Positions 1 to 8,296 of a stretch of DNA of 32,000 bases are shown one piece after another (position 1 is the first letter of the stretch; each line of letters begins with the position of its first letter). The notes under the pieces are model-generated. The model saw only the letters and a program-made list of their open reading frames with translations. It was not told the DNA's origin and ran no database searches. The stretch is taken from the NCBI RefSeq assembly GCF_000406145.1, contig NZ_AOOE01000043.1:30001-62000 (forward strand). Direction: 5' to 3'. A program made the translations under genes and the position numbers. The stretch comes from Dickeya dadantii NCPPB 898. GTDB taxonomy: Bacteria; Pseudomonadota; Gammaproteobacteria; Enterobacterales; Enterobacteriaceae.

Positions 1-2
1 GT

Positions 3-1187
3 GAAGGGTTTAAAGTCGCCGGCGATGACATTCTGCTGGATGTGATCCAGCTGTATGTGCTGCCGGCGTTGCAGGTCGCGCTGAAAAAAGCCGGCGTCAC
101 CAGCCCGGACAGCCTGATGACCCGGCTGTTCGGCAGCGAAGGCCGCATGGACGGCCAGCTGACGCTGCGCCAGCAGGTCACGCTGCAAATGTTCATTCCT
201 ATCGGTCAAGCGATTCTGGAAGCCTACGAACAGTTCGACCCGCTCGATCTGAACGCGGAAATCGACACCACATTCGGCGAAATGCTGCCGCAGGCGCCGA
301 CGCGCAAAGTACTGGAATACGTCAACAGCGAGATCCAGCGTGAATTGCCGGACGAGGAAACGCCGTTCGATATTCTGCAGGTGCCGCTGATTCTGCGTCT
401 TGGCAAGCTGCACAGCGAATTTCTGGCCAACCGCATGAGCATTACCCAGCACCTGCGGCTGATGTCGGAAGTGGTGTCGCTGTATGCCTGCGACGTGCTG
501 CTGCTGACCGGCCGTCCGTCCCGTTTTCCGGGTATTCAGGCGCTGTTCCGCCACCTGCAGCCGCTGCCGATTAACCGCATGATGTCGCTGGATGGCTATC
601 ACACCAGCGACTGGTATCCGTTTAACAAGCGCGGGCGTATCGAAAACCCGAAATCCACCGCCGCGGTGGGCGCGATGCTGTGCCTGCTGGCGCTGGATCT
701 GCGTCTGCCCGGTTTCTACTTCAAAGCCGGGGATTTCGAACCCTATTCCACCGTGCGCTACCTCGGTATGTTGGACAGCAGCCACACCCTCACCACCGAT
801 AACGTCTACTATAACGATATCGATCTGGATGACGCCGATTTCACGCTGGACGATCAGTCCGGTTTCGAAGTACGCGGCTCACTGTGCCTCGGCTTTCGCC
901 AGTTGGACAACGAACGCTGGCCCGCTTCACCGCTCTACTCGCTGTCGATCGTCGATCCGGAACTGGCCCGCAAGGTGGCCGGCGACAGCGTACTGCACGT
1001 GCGCCTGAAAGTGGTGCCGGGCGACGATAACCTCACGCCGGAACGCGTCGAGATCGCCGACGCGGTGCTAGGCTCCGGGCTCGCCATTTCGCCGCATCAG
1101 CTAAGGCTGAAACTCAACACCTTGTCCAGCACGGTTTCCGGCATGGCACATTACTGGATCGATAGCGGGAGCGTCTTCAAGAAATGA
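3..1187 (+). CDS. srfB: SrfB-family (putative virulence factor) protein, C-terminal ~395 aa; 5' end lies upstream of the window
   Basis: The reading frame is open from the window edge (frame 3), and the first in-frame Met at 42 is not the true start. The stop overlaps the next start (ATGA at 1184-1187). The motif DVLLLTGRPSRFPGIQALF (493-549) resembles the Hsp70/actin-fold adenosine motif (VLLVGGxxRIPxVQ). The family name rests on remembered srfABC architecture (about 1000 aa SrfB followed by about 800 aa SrfC), not on an alignment. Confidence 0.55.
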   Translation, partial: EGFKVAGDDILLDVIQLYVLPALQVALKKAGVTSPDSLMTRLFGSEGRMDGQLTLRQQVTLQMFIPIGQAILEAYEQFDPLDLNAEIDTTFGEMLPQAPTRKVLEYVNSEIQRELPDEETPFDILQVPLILRLGKLHSEFLANRMSITQHLRLMSEVVSLYACDVLLLTGRPSRFPGIQALFRHLQPLPINRMMSLDGYHTSDWYPFNKRGRIENPKSTAAVGAMLCLLALDLRLPGFYFKAGDFEPYSTVRYLGMLDSSHTLTTDNVYYNDIDLDDADFTLDDQSGFEVRGSLCLGFRQLDNERWPASPLYSLSIVDPELARKVAGDSVLHVRLKVVPGDDNLTPERVEIADAVLGSGLAISPHQLRLKLNTLSSTVSGMAHYWIDSGSVFKK

Positions 1188-3688
1188 AACCATTAACGCC
1201 CAAACAGCTGTCGAGCCGTCTCAGCCGTCAGTTACAGTCCGTTTCGCAAGGCGTGGATCAGGCGATCGCCTGGGTGGATGAAACCCGGCGCAACGTTCCC
1301 CGCCTGGATATGGAAGCCGATCGGCTTATCGTCAAGCTGCGGCGCTGTCGCAACAAGGCCCGCGGCCTGTCCGATTCGTCGTTAAAAGAGATCGCCATGG
1401 GCATGTTCGGGTTGGCTCAGGGCGGCAAAACTTATCTGCTGACCTCGCTGGCCGGTAACGAAAACGGACGAATTGAAACCTCTATCGGCGGCGTTACGTT
1501 GGATTACCAGAAAAACATCAATCCGGACAACCAGCAACCGGCCTTTGTCACCCGCTTTACCCGGCAGGCTGAAGGCAAAAACACCCCGAATCCGGTACAG
1601 GTCCAGTTGCTCAACGAGGCCGATATCGCCCGAATTATGGCCTATGCCTTCGTACTGGAAGACAGTCAGAACCCGGCGCCGGAGCTTGACGAACAGCATA
1701 TCGCCGAGCACCTGAAAACCCTGTCGTTGCACCGCCAGCAGGAAGCGGTGCCCGGGCTGGACGGCGATGACGTGGTCGCGTTGTGGGATTATCTGGTGCG
1801 CCACGACGCCCGGCGTCAAAAGCCGCTGGAACGCAAATTCTGGCCGCTGGCGGTGGAGCTGGCGCCGCACCTCAGCATCGACGACCGCGCCAGCCTGTTC
1901 TCGGTTCTGTGGGGCGAACAGTCGGAATACACTTCGCTCTACCGCCATTTCGCCCACACGCTGGAGCAATTGTCCGGCACCCGCAAGGTACTGGCGCCGA
2001 TCAGCCTGCTGGTGGATGAATCACTGCAACCCGACAGCGGTATTTTCAACGCCAACCTGTTCGACCGGCTCAATAGCCCTTCCGATCTCAGCGCGCAGGT
2101 GCGCCCCATCGTCAACGGCCGCGCGGCCAGAAATGTAGAGCTGTCGCTGGCGGAACTGCTCATGCTGGCGGCTGAAGTGCAAATTCCGCTGCTGTCACCG
2201 CCAAAGGAAACGTTGTTCGAACAGGTGGACCTGCTCGATTTTCCCGGTTTCAGCCTGCAGGACGAGCCGGAATTCGAGCCGGACGAGGATAACCCGGAGC
2301 GGCTGTTGCGCCTCAAGCCACACCCGTTGTCCCGTGCATTGCTGCGCGCCAAACGCGCCTATCTGCTGGAGCGTTATACCGACGATCAGGAAATGAATCT
2401 GCTGATGGTCTGTACCGCCGCCGCCTGCAAAGCGGACGTACGCCACGTCGGCCGGGCGCTGGATTTTTGGGTGCGTCATACCCAGGGTGAAAACCCGCAA
2501 GTCCGTAGTCGCCGCAAACCCGGCCTGATCTGGGCGGTGACCCGTCATGACCGGCGTTTCACCCACGGCTATAACAACGATGAAGCGGTACAGCGTTACG
2601 TGGGTAACCCCGGCGATGCCTGGGGCACCATGCTGGCGATGGACAAGCGCGGCATCAACAGGATGGCGGCCTGGCTGGACGCGGAGGTTCGCCGTGAAGT
2701 CAAACTGGGGCGCATCAACGAACAACTGAGCGAATTGCAGCGCGAGCTGTCCGATAACCTGCTTGGCAGTTGGTATCAGCCGGCCGGCGCCGATGACCCG
2801 GCGCACAAACAGCATATCGCCGAGTCGATGCTCAAAGCGTTGCAAACCCGAACCGGCGTGCACGGCGAACTGCTGGAACGGCTATTGCCTTCCCGCGATG
2901 AACTACGTCGGCTGTATCTGCAACAACAGGAACAGGCGCAACGCAACTTCGCGTCCTATCAGGAAGCGCAGGATACGGCGGTGCCGCTGGTCAGCTATGA
3001 ACCGTTTGGCGTCGGGATGGATATCGACCTGTTCAGCGATGACGCCGACCCGAGCGAAGAAGACGAAACTGTCGTCGCGCCGGCGCCGACCGAGGAAGAG
3101 CAAACCGAAAACCACAGCTATGAAGCGGAGTTCGCCCGTAATCTGTACCGGTATTGGATCAACCACTTGCGCAACCTACCGGAAAACGTCGCCATCATTG
3201 AATTACTGGGGATTAACCGCCCCACCATCGAAATGCTGGTGGAGGAACTGATTACGGCCAGCGTGCGGCTGAAGATTGACGATGAGCTGCAAACCATGCT
3301 GTTGGATTCCGGGCAACTGGGTATTAACCGGGAAAGCAAAGCGGATCGACAGGTTTCGCGCGCGCTCAACGTGCTCGGCGATTTCGTCGCCTGGCTAGGC
3401 TTTCAGCAGGTGCCCGAGGCCGGCCGACCGGACAGCCGCGTCAACAAAGGCAACAAGATCTTTGCCAAGCCGGAAAAGCAAACGGCCAACTTCGGCACCT
3501 CCCGACGGTTGACCAAACTGTCGGCGACGCCGGTCAACAATACCGCCTATTACATTTATGACTGGCTGATCGGCCTGAACGAGATGATTATCCAGAACGC
3601 CGGCTATGCGGCTGGGCGTGACATCAAACCCAAACAGCGCGAACGTCTGGGAACGATTCTGGGTCTGATCAAACCGACCGAAAGCTGA
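1184..3688 (+). CDS. srfC: SrfC-family large P-loop NTPase (putative virulence factor), 834 aa
   Basis: Translationally coupled to the upstream gene. Walker A GLAQGGKT (1406-1429), a DxxG-type motif VDLLDFPG (2224-2247) and a G4-like LIWAVTRHD (2525-2551). An acidic low-complexity linker (DDADPSEEDETVV...TEEEQTE) follows, and then a hairpin terminator. Confidence 0.55.
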   Translation: MKPLTPKQLSSRLSRQLQSVSQGVDQAIAWVDETRRNVPRLDMEADRLIVKLRRCRNKARGLSDSSLKEIAMGMFGLAQGGKTYLLTSLAGNENGRIETSIGGVTLDYQKNINPDNQQPAFVTRFTRQAEGKNTPNPVQVQLLNEADIARIMAYAFVLEDSQNPAPELDEQHIAEHLKTLSLHRQQEAVPGLDGDDVVALWDYLVRHDARRQKPLERKFWPLAVELAPHLSIDDRASLFSVLWGEQSEYTSLYRHFAHTLEQLSGTRKVLAPISLLVDESLQPDSGIFNANLFDRLNSPSDLSAQVRPIVNGRAARNVELSLAELLMLAAEVQIPLLSPPKETLFEQVDLLDFPGFSLQDEPEFEPDEDNPERLLRLKPHPLSRALLRAKRAYLLERYTDDQEMNLLMVCTAAACKADVRHVGRALDFWVRHTQGENPQVRSRRKPGLIWAVTRHDRRFTHGYNNDEAVQRYVGNPGDAWGTMLAMDKRGINRMAAWLDAEVRREVKLGRINEQLSELQRELSDNLLGSWYQPAGADDPAHKQHIAESMLKALQTRTGVHGELLERLLPSRDELRRLYLQQQEQAQRNFASYQEAQDTAVPLVSYEPFGVGMDIDLFSDDADPSEEDETVVAPAPTEEEQTENHSYEAEFARNLYRYWINHLRNLPENVAIIELLGINRPTIEMLVEELITASVRLKIDDELQTMLLDSGQLGINRESKADRQVSRALNVLGDFVAWLGFQQVPEAGRPDSRVNKGNKIFAKPEKQTANFGTSRRLTKLSATPVNNTAYYIYDWLIGLNEMIIQNAGYAAGRDIKPKQRERLGTILGLIKPTES

Positions 3689-3695
3689 CCCCTGC

Positions 3696-3720
3696 GGCGG
3701 AGCATTACGCTCCGCCCTTT
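3696..3720 (+). terminator. Rho-independent terminator after srfC-like gene
   Basis: Perfect 8-bp stem ggcggagc / gctccgcc (3696-3703, 3709-3716) with loop attac, followed by a short cttt tract. It lies 8 nt after the stop. Confidence 0.6.
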
Positions 3721-3942
3721 CAGCATAAAAGTTTACACAATCAAATAATTATGCTGCTTTCCTTATCCAAAATTTCGATAAAATCACGTTATAAATCAGG
3801 CTGGTCTTGCAAAAATACGACTCTCACGTCATAGTTTTACACGGGGTGTGCACTGCCGTACCGAATAGGTAACGAATACTTTTATTATCATGTTTTTTCT
3901 TTGATTCGCCCGGTTTAAAACAATATTGTCGATGTTAAAAAG

Positions 3943-3980
3943 TACTGTTGACGCTAAAAAATACTGTCAACGCTAAAAAA
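3943..3980. repeat. Two tandem 19-bp direct repeats, each ending in an A6 tract
   Basis: tactgttgacgctaaaaaa / tactgtcaacgctaaaaaa, 17/19 identical. The central hexamers GTTGAC and GTCAAC are reverse complements of each other. A third A-tract sits at 3937-3941, giving about 19 bp phasing. The repeats lie in an AT-rich region about 275 bp upstream of the 4256 start. Confidence 0.8.
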
Positions 3981-4255
3981 GGCACGCAGGCTACCCCGTT
4001 CTTTTTTCCACCATCATGACGACCGGACTGTTGCTCCTGCAAAGGAAAACAGAACGGCCCTTCTTCCAGGGATATCGGGTTGCAGTTATCCATTGGGTGT
4101 GTTCTGACACCTGTATTGGCATACCAGACTGCGGGTGATGTCGCCTTAGGCAACGTCGCCGAAAAACGATAGTGATCCCCGTTCCACGACGCCTGACACC
4201 GCTCAGACGCGCGGTTTTCTCTCAGCTGTTCACGACATGGCACAGGTAACACATC

Positions 4256-4714
4256 ATGAGTAACAGTAGTGAACCCGACACCGCCTTTGACGATTTTCTG
4301 ACCCTATCCGCCCTGCTTACCGGTTTCAGTCAGTTTGAACTGACCGGCACCGGACTGGCTCACGATTATTTCACCTGGCTGCAGCACAACGCCGCCGCAC
4401 CGTTCAAACAACTGCTGCACGACTTTGCGGCGCAACCGGATGATGACGCATTACGGCTCAACTGGCTGGAAGCCACGGTGCTGACATCGCTGACGCTCGG
4501 CCCGGTCGCCCGCAGCCTGCTGCGTTTATGGTACACCGGCCAGTGGGTGCCCATTTCTTCGAAGTCGGACGCCGCCGCCTGTTTTCTCAGCGACGCCGCC
4601 TGGCGCGAGGCGTTGATCTGGCAAGCCATCCACGCCCACCCGCAGGCGATCCGGCAGCAGGAATTCGGCGCCTGGGCCGAACCGCCCATTGCGGAGTGGA
4701 GAACGCGCGGATGA
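4256..4714 (+). CDS. Small (gamma-like) subunit of a FAD-dependent sugar/polyol dehydrogenase complex, 152 aa
   Basis: The stop overlaps the GMC flavoprotein start (ATGA at 4711-4714). The size and the N-terminal FLTLSALLTG...L..DYF..L pattern resemble FAD-sorbitol/gluconate dehydrogenase small subunits. No twin-arginine signal is visible at the N terminus. Confidence 0.55.
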   Translation: MSNSSEPDTAFDDFLTLSALLTGFSQFELTGTGLAHDYFTWLQHNAAAPFKQLLHDFAAQPDDDALRLNWLEATVLTSLTLGPVARSLLRLWYTGQWVPISSKSDAAACFLSDAAWREALIWQAIHAHPQAIRQQEFGAWAEPPIAEWRTRG

Positions 4715-6549
4715 ATCTCATCACCCCTCATCAGGCTGAGCAGACCGATTACGACGTGGTGATCGTCGGCGGCGGCATTGCCGGTTCGCTGATGGCAAAA
4801 ACCCTGACCCGCGGGGGAAAACGCTGCCTGATACTGGAGGCCGGCGACGGTGATAACCTGCATTACGCCGGATACCGGCATACGCTGCAGCGTTATCGCC
4901 AGCATCCGGGCAAAAACCATCAGGTATCCGGCCCACGTAACGTCAACGCGCCGGCGCCGCACGATACCGCCCTCCAGCCCCTGATGCCCGACGGCTATGA
5001 CGACCGCGGCTATCTGGTGCAACGTGGTCCGTTACCATTCAGTTCCACCTACTGCCGCCAGCTCGGCGGCACGTCGCTACAGTGGCTCGGCAGCGCCATG
5101 CGCATGCTGCCGGAAGATTTCGAATTGCAAAGCCGCTACGGTATCGGGCTGGACTGGCCGTTGCGCTACAACGATCTTGAACCCTGGTATCGGGCGGCGG
5201 AGTACGAACTGGGCGTCTCGGCCAATGTAGAGGAACAGGCGTATCTGGGAATCCGGTTTCCGCCGGATTATGTCTATCCGATGCAAGGTCTGCCCCCTGC
5301 CTGGGGCGATCGACAGCTGGCGCGCCGCCTCAACGGCATGACGGTTATGGAAGACGGACAGGCGACACCGTTGACCCTGCGCGGCACGCCGTCCGCGCGC
5401 AACGGCGTGCCGCACCCCGGTTACGAACACGGCCGCGGCTATCATCCTCGCGGCGCGGCAGGCAGCCCGCATCTCGGCCTGCGCTGCTCCGGCAATAGCT
5501 ATTGCACGCCGCTCTGCCCGACGCAGGCTCGCTACAACGCGTTGAAAACGCTGGAAGACGCCGATCCGGCATTGCTGGACGTCGTCACCTGTAGCGTAGC
5601 GCACAAGTTGCTGATCGACCCATCGACCGATGCCATCACCGGCGTTCAGTTTCGCCATTATGTGCATCAGGAAACGGCATTGCATCACCTGCATACCGTC
5701 AGCGCCCGACGCTATGTGCTGGCCGGCAACGCCATTGCCAATGCGGTGCTGTTGCTGGCGTCCGATGCCTGTAAAGGTAACGATCTGGTTGGGCGTCATC
5801 TGATGGATCACCCGGTACTGCCGGTCTGGGGCCGGGCCGACGCGCCCTTGTGGCCGATGCGCGGCCCGCTCGCCACTTCGGGGATTGAAGCCATGCGGGG
5901 CGGCCCGGCCCGCGCGCATCGCGCGGCCTATCGCATCGAGCTGAGCAACGACGGCTGGCGCTGGCCGGTCAACGCCTTATACCACGATATCGAACACCTG
6001 CTGGCGGAGCCGTTGTGCGGCGCCCGCTTACGCAGCCAAATGCGCGAACGGCTGTCGCGGCAATTCAGCGCCCGCTGCCTGGTGGAACAGTTGCCGGAAT
6101 ACAATAACCGGGTGACCATTCATCCTGACTACCGCGACGCGCTGGGCAATCATCGTCCGGTCATCCACTATGACCTGTCGCTGTACACCCGCACCGGCGT
6201 CGCGCGCGCCGGCAACGCTATGCGCCAGATTTGCCGGCACGCCGGCATTCGCGATCACAGTCATTACTCGCCCGACGACCCCGGCTACTTTACCTGTCAG
6301 GGGCAGCCGCTGGCGTTTGTCGGCGCCGGGCATATCGCCGGCACGCACTGTATGGGCAGCTCGCCCCATCATTCGGTGGTTGATCGCCAGCAACGCAGTT
6401 GGATTCATAAGAATCTCTATCTGGTGGGAGCCGGCAACATGGTCAGCATGGGAACGGCGCCGCCCACCCTGACGCTGGCGGCGTTGACGCTATGGGCCGC
6501 GCGCACAATTCTTTCCGAACTGGACAGAATGTGTGCCAGCACACGTTAA
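4711..6549 (+). CDS. GMC-family FAD oxidoreductase (gluconate 2-dehydrogenase / FAD-glucose dehydrogenase alpha-like), 612 aa
   Basis: The N-terminal Rossmann motif DVVIVGGGIAG carries GxGxxG at 4768-4785. The Cys-rich motif C-SGNSY-C-TPL-CP (5485-5520) matches the CxGNxxCxPxCP region of flavoprotein dehydrogenase subunits. I chose the start at 4711 (MNLITPHQ) rather than ORF-track 4528, because 4711 overlaps the upstream stop and places the FAD motif at residues 15-25. Confidence 0.8.
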   Translation: MNLITPHQAEQTDYDVVIVGGGIAGSLMAKTLTRGGKRCLILEAGDGDNLHYAGYRHTLQRYRQHPGKNHQVSGPRNVNAPAPHDTALQPLMPDGYDDRGYLVQRGPLPFSSTYCRQLGGTSLQWLGSAMRMLPEDFELQSRYGIGLDWPLRYNDLEPWYRAAEYELGVSANVEEQAYLGIRFPPDYVYPMQGLPPAWGDRQLARRLNGMTVMEDGQATPLTLRGTPSARNGVPHPGYEHGRGYHPRGAAGSPHLGLRCSGNSYCTPLCPTQARYNALKTLEDADPALLDVVTCSVAHKLLIDPSTDAITGVQFRHYVHQETALHHLHTVSARRYVLAGNAIANAVLLLASDACKGNDLVGRHLMDHPVLPVWGRADAPLWPMRGPLATSGIEAMRGGPARAHRAAYRIELSNDGWRWPVNALYHDIEHLLAEPLCGARLRSQMRERLSRQFSARCLVEQLPEYNNRVTIHPDYRDALGNHRPVIHYDLSLYTRTGVARAGNAMRQICRHAGIRDHSHYSPDDPGYFTCQGQPLAFVGAGHIAGTHCMGSSPHHSVVDRQQRSWIHKNLYLVGAGNMVSMGTAPPTLTLAALTLWAARTILSELDRMCASTR

Positions 6550-6664
6550 ACGCGAAAAAAGCGCTACAAAAGATGATGATATTCGGGTTTCATGCTACGA
6601 ATAAATAGATAAGACTAACTACACACTTCGTCACTGCCGCCACTGACTAAGACGGAATAACATC

Positions 6665-8221
6665 ATGAACTTAAACGAACACGCCACACACCAAGATTTG
6701 GATGCTATGTTCAGGGAAAAAGGCTACGTCAAATTAACCAGCCATAAGGATCTGGCGCACGAGTTAGACGATATCCGGGACTTATTGCAAAAAGCGATGG
6801 TGCTGGAACACGCGGTAATCCCCCCCTACCTTACAATGCTTTATACGATGAATGACGACATCGATCCGCGTGTCCCCGAGGTGATTCATTCCGTCGTGAT
6901 TGAAGAAATGCTGCATTTTGTCATGGTCGGCAACCTGCTGAATGCGGTGGGCGGCACGCCAAATATCAGCGGCCACGATTTTTTGCCCGATTACCCGGCC
7001 ACGCTGCCGTTCGGCATCGAAGATCTGGAAATTCAGCTACACCCGTTTTCTCAGCACGCCATACATCAGGCGATGCAAATCGAACACCCGAAATACGTGC
7101 GTCCGGACGTGGTAGCCAGCCATGTCTGCAGCGACATGTCGATCGGCGAATACTACGTCTATATCGAATCACGCCTGCGGGCGGCGGTGGAATCTTTCGG
7201 CGAAAAGGCCGTGTTCTGCGGCGACCCCACCCGCCAGATTGAGCCGGAGCAGTTCTGCCACGGTTCCTACGGCGCCGTCATTCCGGTGACCGATCTGGAC
7301 AGCGCGGTCGCCAGCCTGCGTCAGATTTGCGATCAGGGCGAAGGCTCGCCGCACAATATCTGGCAGGGCGAAGACAATGACGTCCCGCACTATTATCGCT
7401 TCAACGAAATCTACTGCGAGCGGCTGTACGCCCACGGCGACACCATCGCCAGCGGCCCGACCGGCGAACCGTTGACGATCGAATGGGACAAGGCCGTCAG
7501 AACCCACAGCGCGGCCAAAGTCAGCGACTATCCGGAAGGCGAGTTGCACAAGGCGATTGTGCGCTTCAACCGTCGCTACTGCGAATTGCTGGAAAACCTA
7601 CAGTTGGCGCTGTCCGGCCGCCCGTTAAAACTCACCCCGGCGGTGATGGCGATGGGCGCGCTGCGGGAGGATTTCCGGGCGATCGTCTCCCATCCGTTCC
7701 CCGGCGACAACGCCTACCGCGCGGCGCCGACGTTCGAGTATACCCCGCCGCCGCCGCCGCGTTTTCAGGCCAAGAGTCAGGCGGTCACGTTCTCCAACAA
7801 CCAGGCTACGCTGGAGAAACTCGGTCAGGCCTATGCCGCGGGCGACCTGCCGATGGCGCTCACCTGCCTGAGCGAACAGTTGGTGTGGGACATGACCGGC
7901 CCGGTGGATGTGCCTTATACCGGCGTGTTCTACGGCCACGAAGGTTTCTCCCGTTTCTGGTCGCTGATGAGCCAGACGGTAGAATTCAGCAGCGAAGTGG
8001 TGGAAAAAGTCTTCTTCAGCGACAATCAGGCAATGGCTTACGGCAGCCAGCAGGGGATCACCAAATCCACCCGCGTGCCTTACAGTTACGACTGGGCGAT
8101 ACGCTATGAGTTCACCGACGACCACCGTATCCGGCTGATGCGCAACTACTTCAACCCGATGCGTATTCAGGCCGCGCTGGCCGCTACGCCGCCGAAACCG
8201 CGCTCGTTCATCAACAAGTAA
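6665..8221 (+). CDS. Ferritin-like domain protein fused to a C-terminal NTF2/SnoaL-like domain, 518 aa
   Basis: The N-terminal motifs AMVLEHAVIPPYLTMLYT (about 6790-6845) and EEMLHFVMVGNLLNAVGG (from 6902) are typical of the ferritin-like (VioB N-terminal type) family. A PPPPP linker is at 7745-7759. The last ~130 aa (about 7787-8180) look like a SnoaL/NTF2-like domain. No CxxCH heme motif is present, and a strong terminator follows. Confidence 0.6.
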   Translation: MNLNEHATHQDLDAMFREKGYVKLTSHKDLAHELDDIRDLLQKAMVLEHAVIPPYLTMLYTMNDDIDPRVPEVIHSVVIEEMLHFVMVGNLLNAVGGTPNISGHDFLPDYPATLPFGIEDLEIQLHPFSQHAIHQAMQIEHPKYVRPDVVASHVCSDMSIGEYYVYIESRLRAAVESFGEKAVFCGDPTRQIEPEQFCHGSYGAVIPVTDLDSAVASLRQICDQGEGSPHNIWQGEDNDVPHYYRFNEIYCERLYAHGDTIASGPTGEPLTIEWDKAVRTHSAAKVSDYPEGELHKAIVRFNRRYCELLENLQLALSGRPLKLTPAVMAMGALREDFRAIVSHPFPGDNAYRAAPTFEYTPPPPPRFQAKSQAVTFSNNQATLEKLGQAYAAGDLPMALTCLSEQLVWDMTGPVDVPYTGVFYGHEGFSRFWSLMSQTVEFSSEVVEKVFFSDNQAMAYGSQQGITKSTRVPYSYDWAIRYEFTDDHRIRLMRNYFNPMRIQAALAATPPKPRSFINK

Positions 8222-8245
8222 CGCGCACGATTTCTTCTCTTTCCC

Positions 8246-8274
8246 GCACCGCCAGCCCGGCGGTGCTTTTTTTT
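8246..8274 (+). terminator. Rho-independent terminator after ferritin-like gene
   Basis: 8-bp stem gcaccgcc / ggcggtgc (8246-8253, 8259-8266) with loop agccc, followed by T8 (8267-8274). Confidence 0.85.
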
Positions 8275-8296
8275 CGCTTCACAGACTTTTTTCGCC

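Noticed and set aside
1382-2863. Long antisense or alternative-frame ORFs inside srfC (for example 1382..1969 -, 2195..2863 -, 1939..2352 -)
   Set aside because: These are typical GC-rich shadow ORFs. The products are Arg/Gly/Ala-rich and low complexity, lack a Shine-Dalgarno, and are fully embedded in a gene with clear motifs in the other frame. The same reasoning applies to 5077..5919 -, 7169..7549 -, 7483..8109 +, 8354..9214 +, 11356..11880 -, 15887..16573 +, 17642..18526 -, 19384..20199 +, 23107..23873 -, 27689..28432 + and 28866..29516 +.
4117-4133. Sigma-54-like element TGGCAT-N-CTGC upstream of the dehydrogenase cluster
   Set aside because: The GG to GC spacing is one base longer than the canonical GG-N10-GC, and the -12 element is poor. 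No enhancer-binding protein gene lies nearby.
3935-4252. 105-aa minus-strand ORF in the srfC/dehydrogenase intergenic region
   Set aside because: It has no Shine-Dalgarno and no recognisable motifs, runs through the promoter and leader of the + strand operon, and has atypical composition. I treated it as non-coding.
4528-4710. N-terminal extension of the GMC oxidoreductase proposed by the ORF track (start 4528)
   Set aside because: The extension overlaps the small-subunit gene in another frame and is Arg-rich nonsense. The ATG at 4711 overlaps the upstream stop and places the FAD GxGxxG motif at the expected N-terminal position.
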